NCBI RefSeq assembly: GCF_009914755.1
Contig: NC_060939.1
Source: the human T2T-CHM13v2.0 reference genome, Homo sapiens
DNA: 64,000 bases
Strand: one strand, 5' to 3'
The notes beneath the pieces are model-generated. The model saw nothing but the letters and a program-made list of their open reading frames with translations, ran no database searches and was not told the origin of the DNA. This document shows positions 13,075-30,338 of the stretch, one piece after another; within the stretch, counting starts at the first letter, position 1; every line of letters starts with the position of its first letter. The position numbers and the translations under genes are program-made.

Positions 13075-14232
13075 CCCTCTTCTCTTGGTCGCTTCACCAC
13101 CGAGGCCTCCCTGAGCAGCTAGCAGAAAAGGCCTTCCATCCCGCTGGGTGGTGCTGGTCCCTGCGAATAGGTTGCTGTGTGTCTTTCCAGACGTGTTTGT
13201 GCACATATATGTTCATACGTTCTTTCAAGAAACCATACACATGCTTAGATACACGTAAGATCTTACATACACGCTGTTCTTCATGCTGTAACATGGCCAC
13301 GCTTCGTGAAGTCACTCCTGCTGTCTCTAGTTCCTCACTTTCAGTTATTCCTCAGCCTCCTGTGACCTGCCTTTTGCCTTGAACCTCTTTGACAAAAACA
13401 ATTTTTACAGAAAAGTATTCAGCAGGTCTCTTCAGTGAAGAAAGATTTTAAATCGGTAATGTAACCAGAGGTAGGAAATGGAAAAGTGCCAGAGGCTGCT
13501 GCATGGAAAGTCCCTTCTCCCACAGATGGCAGGGAAGGGCACCCAGGACGTTTTAAGGGTCAGGCAAGGTTCTCCTTTCCCTGGGTATTGATAACTTTTA
13601 TTTCACATGTAAAAAACATGTTTCTTACCCTCTTCCCAGCCATCCAGTTCCCCTCTTTGCAGACAGCACACTTCCTCTTAGAACCTTCCAGATAAACCAT
13701 ATGTATTTACAAGTAGGTACCTGATGTCCCACTGCACACACAGGTGCCTCCTGGTCTTCTCTTGGCAGTCTTTCCAGATGAGGCTTCTCTGTCAGTCCAT
13801 AAAGAGCTTGTTCAGTGGCACAAATGTGTTTTTTAATCAGGCCCTGTTGATAACATTTTGTTCCATCGTATTATTACAAACCAGTGCAGTGTCATTTACA
13901 TATTATATACATATCACCTACATGTTACAGACAACAGATGGGACCTTTCACATTCAGGTAAGTCTACCTGTGAAGTAGAAATCTGGAAGTGGAGTTGGGT
14001 CAAACGGTCTGTGCTTTTGTAATTATTTTACCTGTTGCCGAGATCTGCTTTTAGAATTCCCACAGCCATGTACAAGGCCTGTTTCCCTAACCTTTAACGA
14101 GCCCAGTGAGTTAGCCACTTGCTGGTTGCAGCCATTCAGTTAGGTGGAGACTTACCCTGGTGTGGTGTAGTTTTATCTTAGGAATGAGGTTGAATATTGT
14201 TTCAAGTAAACTATTTCATTGATATTTGGTGA

Positions 14233-14604
<372 letters not shown>

Positions 14605-14729
14605 TAGTTTTTAGAAACTCCATAAGTTTCAAGGAATCATCTTTAGTAGGAATTGCATGTATTTGTTTTCTGGGTTTTTAATCTTGTCTTTTGACTTTGC
14701 CATGCAATTATTTTCTTTTCTTTTTTTTT

Positions 14730-15110
14730 TAAATGCTATATTTATCAGTCCTTTTTGGTGTGGCTTCTGGGTTTCGTGTCATAATTCATAATGTATAATG
14801 CGTTTCTCATCATACGTATTGTACATATGCATGTATTGTGCATACATAATACACATGATGCCCCGTACATTCTAAAGACAGCCCCCTGCAGTGTCGCCTG
14901 GTATGGAACTTGTGTCATTCTCTTTTTATATCAGACGGATCCATCTGGAATTGATTTGGTATAAGGTACAAAGTTAGTTTTATATTTTCCAGATGACAGC
15001 CCATTTGTCCCAGTGCCATCTGTTAAATAGCCTCTGCTCTCCCTCCCAGATCTGAGCTGTCTCTCGTTTACTCCCACATCTATTTGGGTTCACTTCTGGA
15101 CCCTGCGTTC
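14730..15110 (-). mobile_element. Old L1M (L1ME-like) fragment
   Basis: atccatctggaattgatttggtataagg...tgtcccagtgccatctgttaaatag. Confidence 0.6.
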
Positions 15111-15612
15111 TGCTTCATGGATGTCTCCATCCAGATGACCTCATGTTGGCCAGGTTCGTTGGATACTCTTGGTTTTGTTTCTTACCTCTCATTTGTTCTT
15201 GTGGGTTTCCTACACAGAGGAATCCCCAGGAAGGGTTTTTTTTGGGGGGGTTTGTTTGGAATAAATATGGCTGCGAGGCGCCTGCTCCGGATGGTGGCTT
15301 CTGCAGCCTGGGTGTGCCGGGCCGGCTGGGATCTCGCTGCCTCCGCCAGTTCTGGCACTGCTGGTTTTCCTCTTCTCTGGACATTTGTTTTCAGTTTCTC
15401 CTCTGCTTTCCTGCACTTTTGATGATATTATTCCTCAGACTTCTCTCCTTTTTCTTCTTTCTTTTTGCTTTATAATTCGTGACCTTTTTAGCTGTGGTTT
15501 TGCCAGTCTCACTGATGAGTCCAAAAAACCTAAAGGCTCAACCAGACCTCCAGCTGCCCCTGAAGGTTCCCAGTAGCTCAGTGTGGCAAAGGCGGGTTTC
15601 TGTCTTCCAACG

Positions 15613-15983
15613 TGCCATGGTTCCCATGTTTCCCCCAAAGTTTGCATCTTAGAAACTTAATCCCCAGTGCAGCAGTGTTGGGATGTGGGTAGGTCACGAG
15701 GGCTCTGCCACTGCCATTACAATGAGGTAATATCCTTGTCACCTGAGAGTGGTTTTTGTGAAGGCCGGTGTGGGGCTCCTCTTGCTGGCTTGCTCTCTGG
15801 CTCTCTCGCCCTTTCCCCTTCTGCCTTCCACCATGGGATGTCCCAGCAGGAAGGCCCTCAGCAGATGCAGGCTCTTACTGTTGGACTTTGCAGCCTCCAG
15901 AACTGTAAGAAATACATTTCTTTTCTTTATAAATTACCTGCTCTGTGGTATTCTGTTACAGGAACACAAAACAGACCAAGACA
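15613..15983 (+). mobile_element. MST-family MaLR solo LTR
   Basis: tg...gaaacttaatcccca...cttctgccttccaccatgggatg...cagcctccagaactgtaagaaatacatttc...aagaca. Confidence 0.9.
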
Positions 15984-17280
15984 CTAACCCTGACCTGCTC
16001 TGTCCTTCCCTTCTAATCCCCTCCAGCCAGAGGCCGAGGCCTGTCATAGAGATGCCCTTTTTTATCCCCTCCAGCTGGTTTATGACCAAGTCCTAAATAT
16101 CTTTAGATTTGTCTCCAGTGACACCGTTACAGCCCCGGTTCAGTGTTCCCTCAGGGTTTCCCTTTCTTTCCCCCTGTACTTTCCTTTCTTCCTCTCCTTC
16201 CTTTCCCCTCCCACTTCCCCTTTCTCCCCCGTTTCTCTCCCTACCACACTTGCCATGGTGGTCACATACATGGCACACTTCTCTGGACGTAGGCTTAGAT
16301 TTGAGGCAGTATGCCAGGGAAGCAGGACATAGATTAGAATAGTCTTCAGGAAACCAGCATGGCCCCAGCCTAGCCTAACTCCACTTTGCTTCTGATCAGA
16401 AATCCGTGTTAGAATGCAAGTCAGTTGATGTCATTGTGTAAAGTCTACAAGAAACAACTTCGTAGCTGCTCCATTTTATTTTCTGATTAAATAGTTTAGA
16501 AGCATTGGTACCTTAACTCTTTTTAGAAATAACACTAATGTGCCCAACTCTGATCATGACCTAGGTCTAGCCTCATTAACATTCTAGTCTCCTGGCCTGG
16601 GTCTGCCCACTGTAACCCTTTTTGGTCTCCCTGGCCTGGGTCTGCTTCCATAACCCCCTCTGGTCTCACTGGCCCCCTCTTAGTCTCTAACATCAGTTCC
16701 CTTGTGTCACTGGAATGGTCCTGGTCAAATGCATGCAGGAGCCTCATTTCTGGCTTACGGGTCTTAGCATGATGTGCCATGGCCTTTGTGATCTGCCCCC
16801 TGCCTGTCCGTACACACCTCTGTCTGTGGGCGCAGTTCCTCCTACTCACTGTGTTTTCTCTCTCCTGTGTCCTTGGAGAGGCTGTTTTCTCAGACTGGAC
16901 ACTGGTTACCTGTGATACCCCCATCCCCATTATTGGTTCGTAGATACCAGTCATTTTGTTGTTGCATCCTTATCCTAGACCTTATGTGCTGTGTTCTATT
17001 TCTGCCCAAGACTTTGACTTTGGCAGAGACTGACTTTTTAAATCACTAGAGCCTAGCAGTTCCTACCACCTACTAGGGGCTCACCTGTAGAGCATCTGTT
17101 AAACCTAGGGGCAGGAGGTGTTGGGTGGATGAAAAGCCGCCATAATACAAGTGCTTTTTTCCCTTTTGGTTTTTCTTTTCAATGGCCACAGTAGTAACTC
17201 CTGTTACCAACTCATACTTTTTATCTTTTTAATTTTTGCTTTTATCCAATGACTACCTCTCATATATTATGTAGCTGTAG

Positions 17281-17632
<352 letters not shown>

Positions 17633-17679
17633 CTACTTTCTTATTTTTAACTTTATATTTTTCAAAAGCTGGCATGCAA

Positions 17680-17831
17680 GGCCAGGTGTGCACTGGCTCA
17701 CACCTGTAACCCCAGCACTTTGGGAGGCCAAGGCAGGTGGATCACTTGAGGCCAGGAGTTCAAGACCAGCCTGGCAACAGGGCAAAACCCCATCTCTATT
17801 TTTAAAAAAAAGAAAAAGAAGAAGAAAAAAC
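17680..17831 (+). mobile_element. FLAM / Alu left monomer
   Basis: ggccaggtg...ggatcacttgaggccaggagttcaagaccagcc plus A-rich tail. Confidence 0.9.
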
Positions 17832-18305
17832 TGGCCTACAAAAGCTTTCATTGGGAAAAACTCTCTGACATGAGAGTTGGGCTTTAGGTTACCTGGGTTG
17901 CATGCATACAAGGTTGTGAATGCGTTAGCTGAGAGCTAGGAAGAAGCTGCGTGGCATCATGATGCTTTGGTGGCCTCGTCTCCTGTGGAGGCATGTGTGT
18001 GGATGAGTTGATTTCCATGGAGTAACATTTTTAGTTCTGCATGTAAGTTTGTCTGGATTATATTTATTTAATGCTTTTAAAACTTTAAATCATGGTAAGC
18101 CTCGATGTTTTAGTTTGCTACGTAATGTCTGTTTTAGTTTGCTACATAGTGTCAATAAATTGAAAAAGTGTTACTCATTCTAATTAAGGTTTCATTTGTA
18201 TTTCTTTTATACTTTCAACAGTGACATTAGATTAACTCTTAAGAAGGGAGCATTATGGAATCATTTGTTTAATTATTTGGGACATTTGCATAAAAGCATC
18301 AATAG

Positions 18306-18631
<326 letters not shown>

Positions 18632-18862
18632 TATCCTTAGGTTTCTTACTGACTCTGATTAAAACATGTATATATAGGAACTAGTGCTAGAAGGATTATA
18701 GTCTAGACTTGAAAAAAGATTAAACTGTTTGAAATAGGAAGAGATTTAGTGTATGGGGAAGAGGAACAACCCTCACCCCTACTCTGTTTTGGGCATTTTA
18801 ATAAAATTTAGAAGCCTGAGAATAATACTAACAACCTAGTTATTAGTAAAATTAGTAAAATT

Positions 18863-19337
<475 letters not shown>

Positions 19338-19711
19338 CTATTTTCCAGTCGGTTCCTGCCTTCACTGCACCCCGACTCCCGGGCCTTTTTTCTATTCTTT
19401 TCCTCGATTCTGTTTCTTTTCCACCACTGATCAGTTTCGCCTATTCTAAAACTTCATTTAAGCAGAATCATGGAATTCCTGTTGGCTGCGTGATTTTAGT
19501 GGCTGGTCTAGGGATGACAGTGTAGATTCTGAACTTTCCACATTGCATTGTGCCACACGTCGTGCAGTGTGTCATTTCTCAAAGCACTTATATGTGTGGG
19601 TTGTTTTTTAAATAGGTGGAAGGCTTTTAAACCAGCATACCATTAATATTGTATTGAGGAAGTTAATTTATCAATGTTATTTTTCCTTTTACAATTGCTA
19701 ATAAAGATATG

Positions 19712-20412
19712 AGGTGAGGAGCAGCAGGCTACAGAGAGGAGTGATGCCTGGGGGCGTGTCAGTGTTTTAGGCACGTGCAGTGATCGGCAGCAGACTTGGG
19801 AGCAATGCGGTGGAGGCGTGTCATTGTTCCCCAGGTGTGATGCGATGAGGGGCAGCAGGCTCGGGGATGCGGTGGAGGCATGTCGGTGTTACCCAGGTGT
19901 GATGTGGTGAGGGGCAGCAGTCTCAGGGGGATGCGGTGGGGGCGTGTCGGTGTTACCTAGGTGTGATGCGGTGAGGGGCAGCAGGCTCAGGGGGATGCGA
20001 TGGAGGCGTGTCATTGTTCCCCAGGTGTGATGCGGTGAGGGGCAGCAGGCTCAGGGGGATGCGGTGGGGGCATGTCGGTGTTACCCAGGTGTGATGCGGT
20101 GAGGGGCAGCAGGCTCAGGGGGATGCGGTGGGGGCGTGTCAGTGTTCTGCAGGTGTGTGCGGTGAGGGGCAGCAGGCTCAGGGGGATGCGGTGGGGGCAT
20201 GTCGGTGTTACCCAGGTGTGATGCAGTGAGGGGCAGCAGGCTCAGGGGGATGCGGTGGGGGCGTGTCAGTGTTCTTCAGGTGTGTGCGGTGAGGGGCAGC
20301 AGACTCAGGGGAGCCATGTGGTGGAGGCATGTGAGTGTTCCCCAGGTGTGTGTGGTGAGGGGCAGCAGGCTGCAGGGGGATGCGGTGGGGGTGTGTCGGT
20401 GTTCCCCAGGTG
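19712..20412 (+). repeat. G-rich VNTR, ~64-bp unit x ~11
   Basis: gcagcag anchor at 19721, 19787, 19852, 19914, 19978, 20042, 20106, 20169, 20233, 20296, 20362; unit gcggtgaggggcagcaggctcagggggatgcggtgggggcgtgtcggtgttacccaggtgtgat. Confidence 0.95.
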
Positions 20413-20435
20413 CAGGAGGCTGCTCTGAGGGTGTC

Positions 20436-20570
20436 GCATGTATTTCATTTAATCCTCATAACAGCTCCATGAGTTAGGTTCTATTTTTGTCCCCATTTTA
20501 GCAATAAGAAAACAGACACAGAGAGGTTAAGTATAAATAATTTGACAAAGATGACATCAGTGAGTGGCTA
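20436..20570 (-). mobile_element. MIR
   Basis: tcatttaatcctcataaca...ccccatttta...cacagagaggttaagt. Confidence 0.8.
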
Positions 20571-20959
20571 TTTTTATTATGTGAAGTTAAAATTGTTTAT
20601 GTGTTGACTTAATCATTTAAAGTGAGAGGAAGAACCTGAGGAATATGAAATGAGACGAGGAAGAGAGCCCCAGACTCTGCGGCTGGTAGAAGTAGGGAGT
20701 GTGACCTCATCCCCGGCTTCTTCCAGCTCTGCTGATGCCCGGGGCTGCCCCAAGTGCGCGGCCGGCCCTGGGCGGGATCCATGTTCTTGGTGACAAAGCT
20801 CCTCTCCCTGCCTTCGCCCCAGCGGCTCGTTTTTATTCATTCAGCACAGAGTGTGTAACTGATAGTCCTCAGTACCGCAGTCTAATATTTTGTTGGGGTT
20901 CCTTTTTTTCTTTTCATTTAAGGGTAAAACCTACATTTAGTGAAATGCACATATTTTAA

Positions 20960-21298
<339 letters not shown>

Positions 21299-22271
21299 AC
21301 CACTTCAGTTTTGACAGAAGCAATAAGCCTTGATGGGGTTTTGTGCGGTATGACCATTGCCCAGAGAATTCCCTCCCACCATTTTCCAGTCAGTTCCCAC
21401 CTTCTCCCACCCCCAACCCCCAGGCCTTAAAAACTCTTTCTCCCTCTGTTCTGTTTCTTTTCCACCATTGATTAGTTTTGCCATTTCTAAAACTTCATTT
21501 AAGCAGATTCATGGAATTCCATTTTTTATCTGTTGGCTTCCTTTGTTGCATGATTTTAGTGGCTGGTCTGGAGATGACACTGTAGATACTGAACTTTCCA
21601 CAGTCTGCTTAGAGTTAATACTGTACCCCGCCTTGTGCAGTGTAAGAAGCTGGTCACTGTCTTGCAACCAGGTGCCTTCCCGGTCCTTGCTGTGGCAAGT
21701 GTACATATTACATCTATGCTATAGACATCACAATATATATAGTATTGTTGTTTGCTTCAGTATGAATGTACCTTTAAAAAAATTACGAGGAAAATATTGT
21801 CTTTTATATATACTCACATATTTACCTTTTTTCCCCCAACCCCTAAGAGTGGGGGGACTCTTGCCTCACCTCCCTCTTCTCTCACTCCTTGTGCCCACTG
21901 CCCCCTTGGTGTCCTCTCTGGTTGACTCCAGCTGCCCCTCCCTCCACAGGGCCTGCAGCGTCTCCAGGTCCCTGACCCTTGGGTGGCATCCCCTGCCTCT
22001 TCCTCAGGGCCCTGCAAACCTCTCCTCTCATTTCACCAGGAGCTCCTTTTCTTCCCATATTTGTGTAAATGAATTCACATATTTTGACTTAATTGTCTCA
22101 GAATGGCCCAATTTGGAGTTGGACTTTTCTGATGCTCATAAAATTCAGGAGGTGGTTTTTAATCAGTTAGTTCTGCTACGGCTGCCTCCTCAGAGAAGGG
22201 AACAGTTTCTTGTTCTTCTATTTTTTGTTTTTTAATGTTGTTGCTGAGGACAATTTAATTTGATCTCTGAA

Positions 22272-23797
22272 TCATCCATGTATCCATCCATGCACCACCC
22301 CCACACCCATCCTATCCACACACCCCCATACCCATCCTATCCACCCACCCACCATCCCCCATCCTATCCACCCACCCATCATCCACTATCCTATCCACCC
22401 ACCTGTCTATCCACCATCCACCACTCCCACACCCATCCTATCCACCCACCTACCCATCCACCCACCCACCTATCCTATTCATCCACCCACCCACCCTGTC
22501 TATCCACCCACCCACCCACACTGTCCATCCACCCAACCACCCATCCACCCACCCACCCATCCACCCACCCACCTATCCTATCATCCATCCACCCACCCAC
22601 CTATCCTATTCATCCATCCACTCACCCACCCTGTCTATCCACCCACACTGTCCATCCACCCACCCACCCATCCACCCACCCACCTATCCTATCATCCATC
22701 CACTCACCCACCCTGTCTATCTACCCACCCACCCACACTGTCCATCCACCCACCCACCTATCCTATCCTGTCATCCATCCACCCACCCACCCACCTATCC
22801 TATTCATCCATCCACCCACCCACCCTATCTACCCACCCACACACCCACACTATCCACCCACCCTATCTACCCACCCAATCTATCCACCCACCCACCCTAT
22901 CTATCCACCCACCCACCTATCCTATTCATCCATCCACCCACCTACCCACCCAATTTATCCACCCACCCACCCACCCTATCTTTCCACCCATCCACCTATC
23001 CTATTCATCCATCCACCCACACTATCCACCCACCCATCCACCCACTCACCTATCCTATTCATCCACCCACCCACCCACCCAATCTATCCACCCACCTGCC
23101 CACCCTATCTATCCACCCACCCACCCTATCTATCCACCCATCCACCTATCCTATTCATCCATCCACCCACGCACCCACCCTATCTATCCACCCATCCACC
23201 CACCCACCCACCCAATCTATCCACCCACCTGCCCACCCTATCTATCCACCCACCCACCCTATCTATCCACCCACCCACCCTATCTATCCACCCATCCACC
23301 CACCCACCCACCCACCCATCCACCCACTCACCTATCCTATTCATCCATCCACCCACGCACCCACCCTATCTATCCACCCATCCACCCACACTATCCACCC
23401 ACCCACCCACCCACTCACCTATCCTATTCATCCATCCACCCACCCACCCACCCAATCTATCCACCCACCTGCCCACCCTATCTATCCACCCACCCACCCT
23501 ATCTATCCACCCACCCACCCTATCTATCCACCCATCCACACACCCACCCACACTATCCATCCACCCACCCACCCACCCACCCTATTCACCCACCCCCCAC
23601 CCACACTATTCATCCCCCCACCCACACTATCCACCCACCCACCAATTCTATCCATCTACCCATCCATTCTACCTATCCACCCACTCCACCCGTCCATCCA
23701 TTTATCCATCCTTCCATTCATGCACCCACTCATCCGTCATCCATCCCTGCTTCCATCGTTTCATCCACACATCCATCCATCCATCCATCCATCCATT
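22272..23797 (+). repeat. ~1.5-kb compound (CCAC/CCAT/CTAT)n satellite
   Basis: almost G-free tetranucleotide-based array with internal higher-order duplication. Confidence 0.97.
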
Positions 23798-23821
23798 CTT
23801 GTGTTGGGTGCTCCATCTTAA

Positions 23822-24311
<490 letters not shown>

Positions 24312-24754
24312 TAAACTTAAGACTGGTCGAGGAAGTAGTACGTCTCTGTATTTTCAGTTGCTAGCACTAGTAGCCTACCAGGACTTTGGAGTTTATAAAT
24401 ATCTGTTTAGCAGACGGTTGATCTGGGCAAAACTTTTGTAGGCAGTGATAATTTTTCCTTTTCTTGAAATATGTTTAGAAAATGGAAATCCTATTTGAAA
24501 GCATGTTTCTTACATAGAAGGAAGTAATCTAGTTTTGTGCTACATGCGTTCCTTTTTCTAATGTAGCTTATGATGCATGATTGCTCCTTCATCACCTATC
24601 TCCCAAAGACTAAATACTTTCTATTTTGCTGAATGTCTAAGGATATTTGAGATGCTTATGAGGAGGTCTTTTCTGGCATGAGGTTTGACCTAACAGCGCT
24701 GCAGAGAATATATGGTAATTGTTACGGTTTTAGCATGACCAAAGAGAATTTTCT

Positions 24755-25050
<296 letters not shown>

Positions 25051-25665
25051 TGACCAAAGAGAATTTTCTCTGCATCTGAAGCATATAACTGCAAACCGAT
25101 TTGTTTGTGGTTGTTAAATAAAGAGGACCAATCTTTTGTTTGTTTATATGCACTGTTTCCTTTCTCGCCCTAGTTGCATGAGAAACAGAAGCTTCTTAGA
25201 TTGATCAGTTGCCTCCTTTTGTTGCATTTGAGCGTTGAGAACAAGGACCATGAGTTTTCTCCTCCATTGTGGTTTTAGTTCTAACATCTGGCACATAGTA
25301 TTTAGTAAAGATTTGTGGAATAAGTGAGATAGGGTATTGGGGAAGATCATAAGAAAAACAAAAGATGAATTATTTATTTATAAATTTATTGTTAGGTCTA
25401 TTCCAAAACTGACTTAGAAAGACAAAATTCTTTCCTGCTATAAAATATTTGTAAGAACTGTGTTGGGTTGGAGTTTGGGATTCACTTTTCCCATTGCAGA
25501 TGCTTAAAAACCTCAGACTTTTCTTGTTGGGTTTCTTTTTGGGGAGGACTTTATTAGGGATACCATTTATAGTAGAAATTTGGAAGACTGTAAAAACCAC
25601 TTAATATTCCCGAAAGATGGAAGGTTGTTTCTGGAAGCTGTTAGGTTTTGTTAAGGCAGAGATAA

Positions 25666-25973
<308 letters not shown>

Positions 25974-26179
25974 TAGAGAGATCATTTTCCTTGGAACATA
26001 ACTGAAAATGGTAGGATGAAAAGATGTGTAAAATGTAACTGAAGGTGGAAAAATCTTGCTCTGAATCTCTCACTTTCGTTTGAGTTAAATATTATTTTTA
26101 TTCTTGAAGGAAGTTCTGGGAGTTTGTAGAAGTAGCCAGAAAATATCTTTAGAATATAGTGCTCTATGCAATATCCTGA

Positions 26180-26499
<320 letters not shown>

Positions 26500-26555
26500 T
26501 ATCCTGAGACATTTTTGACAGTGCTGCAAACTATTACTATTTTTTCAGGTAGAAA

Positions 26556-26689
26556 TATTTTATTTTATGTTGGAGATGGGATCTCGCTTTGTTGCCAAGG
26601 TTGGTCTTGAACTCCTGGCTTCAAGTGGTCCTTCTGGCTTGGCCTCTCAAAATGCTGGGATTACAAGGCATGAACCACAGTGCCTGGCC
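26556..26689 (-). mobile_element. FLAM
   Basis: gagatgggatctcgctttgttgcc...tgctgggattaca...gtgcctggcc. Confidence 0.85.
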
Positions 26690-27078
26690 TGGAAATAATT
26701 TTTACTATAGATTCTTTCCTCTTTAAATTAATATTATGGGTTATGAAGCTCCTTTTGTATAATAATATCCAATATATGTTGTCAACCAGGGTATTGCTTT
26801 GCTTTTTCTTTAAAAAGGAGAAAACATGTAAGGTAGAGGAAGTGTAGTTTACTCTTAGGCATTCAGACAGTTTTTATTATTGGTGTCGTAGAAAACCCCA
26901 GACCATTTGCTGAGACCAAAAACTGTATTTTTAAAATTTTAACACTTAATTTTTCTCCTGTGGCTTGTGTGAAGTTTTTAGGTGTAAAGCGTGAACAAGT
27001 AAGAGATTCATTTAACAAAACATTATTTTAGGAAACAAATATGAAAAAGCATTAAAACCATTCTTTTTTCTCTCCTAG

Positions 27079-27582
<504 letters not shown>

Positions 27583-28002
27583 TGATCTTAGCATTAAGGT
27601 GAAATAAATACACTTTGTACACTTTAAGGAAGGCTTGGAATCTAGAAGAGTAGGAAACTTAATTTGGTAAACATGTGACCCACTTTTGGTCAGTTAGGTT
27701 TACCCACTTCTTGCTTGTGTCTGCCTTAATTTGGTCTTGTGTCCTGGTTTATGCATTCATGAGTTCTTTTCTTATTTTCCTATGCTGCTTGTTCTCTAAC
27801 TTGACCATCTGCTTAGTATTTTTTTGTCTTTTGAATTCATGCTTGGTTTTTAATCTTCAATCATAAATGAGACTGTGGTGACCCTGCAGAATTGACTGCT
27901 TGGTGGAGACAAGTAAACCTTAAGATTCTTGGAAACAGGAAATTTTACCTTGGGACAGGATCGACCAGACTCTAGAGAGGTACTTTTTAAAAATGGCCTT
28001 TA

Positions 28003-28320
<318 letters not shown>

Positions 28321-28587
28321 TTATTGCTCCTGCTAACTTCCTTTTCCAAAAATTTGAGCTTCAGGCTGTCTAATCAACGATAATAGAAGAAGTCATCTAA
28401 CCTGCTTGGTTTTCCGGAAAATGTATTATGGTCATGCCAGTATATTGTGGCTTACAGCATTGCTCAAAAAAAGACAGACTCAACTTTTAGATGAGATCAG
28501 GGAAACAAGTGAGTCAAAACCTGTTGAACACTAGCAAAGCCTTTCCTTTTCATTTGATGTATTGTGTGTATTAAGACACCTTTTTTA

Positions 28588-28882
28588 GGCTGGGCACAGT
28601 GTAATCCCAGCACTTTGGGAGGCGGAGACAGAAGGATTGCTTGAGCCCAGGAGTTCAAGACCAGCCTGGGTAACATGGTGAGACCTCATCTCTACAAAAA
28701 ATTTTTACAAATTAGCTGGGCCTGGTGGCATACACCTGTAGTCCTAGCTACTCAGGAGGCTGAGGCAGGAGCATCACTTGAGTCTGGGAGGTCGAGGCTG
28801 TAGTGAGCCATGATTGCACCACTGCATTCTAGCCTGGGCGACAGAGCAAGACCCTGTCTCAAAAGAAAAAAAAAAAAAAAAA
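28588..28882 (+). mobile_element. AluJ
   Basis: ggattgcttgagcccaggagttc...gcaagaccctgtctcaaaa. Confidence 0.93.
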
Positions 28883-29172
28883 CAAGATATTTTCTTACAG
28901 AAGCCAGTAAAACCTAGGTGAAATCATTTTGTTTGAGTTACTTTTACTGTTGAAGAGTGACATGAATTTCATATGAGATGTAATTAGCAGATTAAAGCTG
29001 CCCATTTTTATGTTTTTCTGAGAAAGAGATTAAAATGCTTTACTGTGTTATGTCCATAATCTGGAACAATCATTTTACTGAGGAATGCTGTTACTGTTCT
29101 GAACTTCACATCAAGTTCCAGATTTTCATTCTCCCACACAGGAGTTTTTTAAATTTCAAAAGATGTCAGTGG

Positions 29173-29478
29173 GGCTGAGCGCAGTGGCTCATGACTGTAA
29201 TCCCAGCACTTTGAGAGGCTGAGGTGGCGGGAGGATTGCTTGAGCAATGTGGAGACCTGCCTGGGCAACATAGTGAGACCGTATCTCTACAAAACAGTAA
29301 AAAATTAGCTGGGAGTGTGATGAGACTGTAGTCCCGGCTACTCAGGAGGCTGAGGTAGAAGAATCTCTTGAGCTCAGGAGGGCAAGGCTGCAGTAAGCCC
29401 CATTCACATTATAGCACTCCAGCCTGTGCAGCAGAGCAAAACCCTATCTCCACCCCTCTCCCCCCCACACACAAAAAA
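29173..29478 (+). mobile_element. AluJ, degenerate
   Basis: dimer with internal deletion; TSD gtcagtg. Confidence 0.88.
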
Positions 29479-29786
29479 GTCAGTGCTAGAACTTAATACA
29501 GACAAATTTGCATTCACAACTACAATTTCTTGGTTGAAGATTAACTGAGAAGGTATTCGTGTGATATAAATTGATCAGAGTGGAGGTTTTAGAGCAGTTA
29601 AAAATCTGCTGTGAGGATTAAATGATGTGTGTAGGTTACAGTACTGTCTGTATTTATCTTTGATTTAGACTCAGCTATTGGGCAGTAAGAATTTCTTAGT
29701 GACTGAAGAATCAGAGTTACCACAGATTGCTTGTTTAGGGCGTATGCACATCTAAATCATGGGAAAGGAACAAAATATGTTAACTC

Positions 29787-29910
29787 TTTTTTTTTATTAT
29801 TATACTTTAAGTTTTAGGGTACATGTGCACAATGTGCAGGTTTGTTACATATGTATCCATGTGCCATGTTGGTATGCTGCACCCATTAACTCGTCATTTA
29901 GCACTAGGTA
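29787..29910 (-). mobile_element. L1PA 3' end fragment, abruptly truncated
   Basis: ttattattatactttaagttttagggtacatgtgcacaatgtgcaggtttgttacatatg...tcatttagcactaggta. Confidence 0.93.
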
Positions 29911-29913
29911 GAT

Positions 29914-30005
29914 CAGCACTTTGGGAGGCCGAGGCAGGGGGATAGTTTGAGCCCAAGAGTTTGAGACTAGCCTGGGCAACATAGTGAGGCCCTGTCTATG
30001 CAAAA
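29914..30005 (+). mobile_element. 5'-truncated Alu/FLAM monomer fused to the L1 fragment
   Basis: cagcactttgggaggccgaggc...ctgggcaacatagtgaggccctgtct, then a (gaat)n tail. Confidence 0.88.
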
Positions 30006-30229
30006 TGAATGAATGAATGAGGCATTATGGTCACTCTTACTAGATTTGATTGACTGTGCCTTTACTTTTCAATAAATAATACATAGACTTTCCTGACCTA
30101 AGCTTTATGATGATCTCAGGTTGTGATATGGGGGTAGGAGGAGGTTAACTCTCTCTATAGCCACTGCTTTCCTTAAAATCATTGCTTTTTATTTAAGTGT
30201 CTTAACATGGCATTTTAAAAAGCAACCTT

Positions 30230-30338
30230 GGCCAAGCATGGTGGCTCATGCCTGTAATCCTGACACTTTGGGTGGCTGAGGTGGGAGGATTGCTTGAGCC
30301 CAGGAGTTGGAGACCAGCCAAAAAAAAAAAAAAAAAAA
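30230..30338 (+). mobile_element. Short FLAM, poly(A) directly after gagaccagcc
   Basis: ggccaagcatggtggctc...ggagaccagcc then A run; TSD aaaaagcaa. Confidence 0.88.

Noticed and set aside
19712-20412. Regularly spaced repeat as a CRISPR-like array
   Set aside because: Head-to-tail minisatellite with no unique spacers, in primate DNA
21357-22235. 292-aa ORF
   Set aside because: Non-ATG start, built from an L1M relic and pyrimidine-rich intron sequence; no protein-like features
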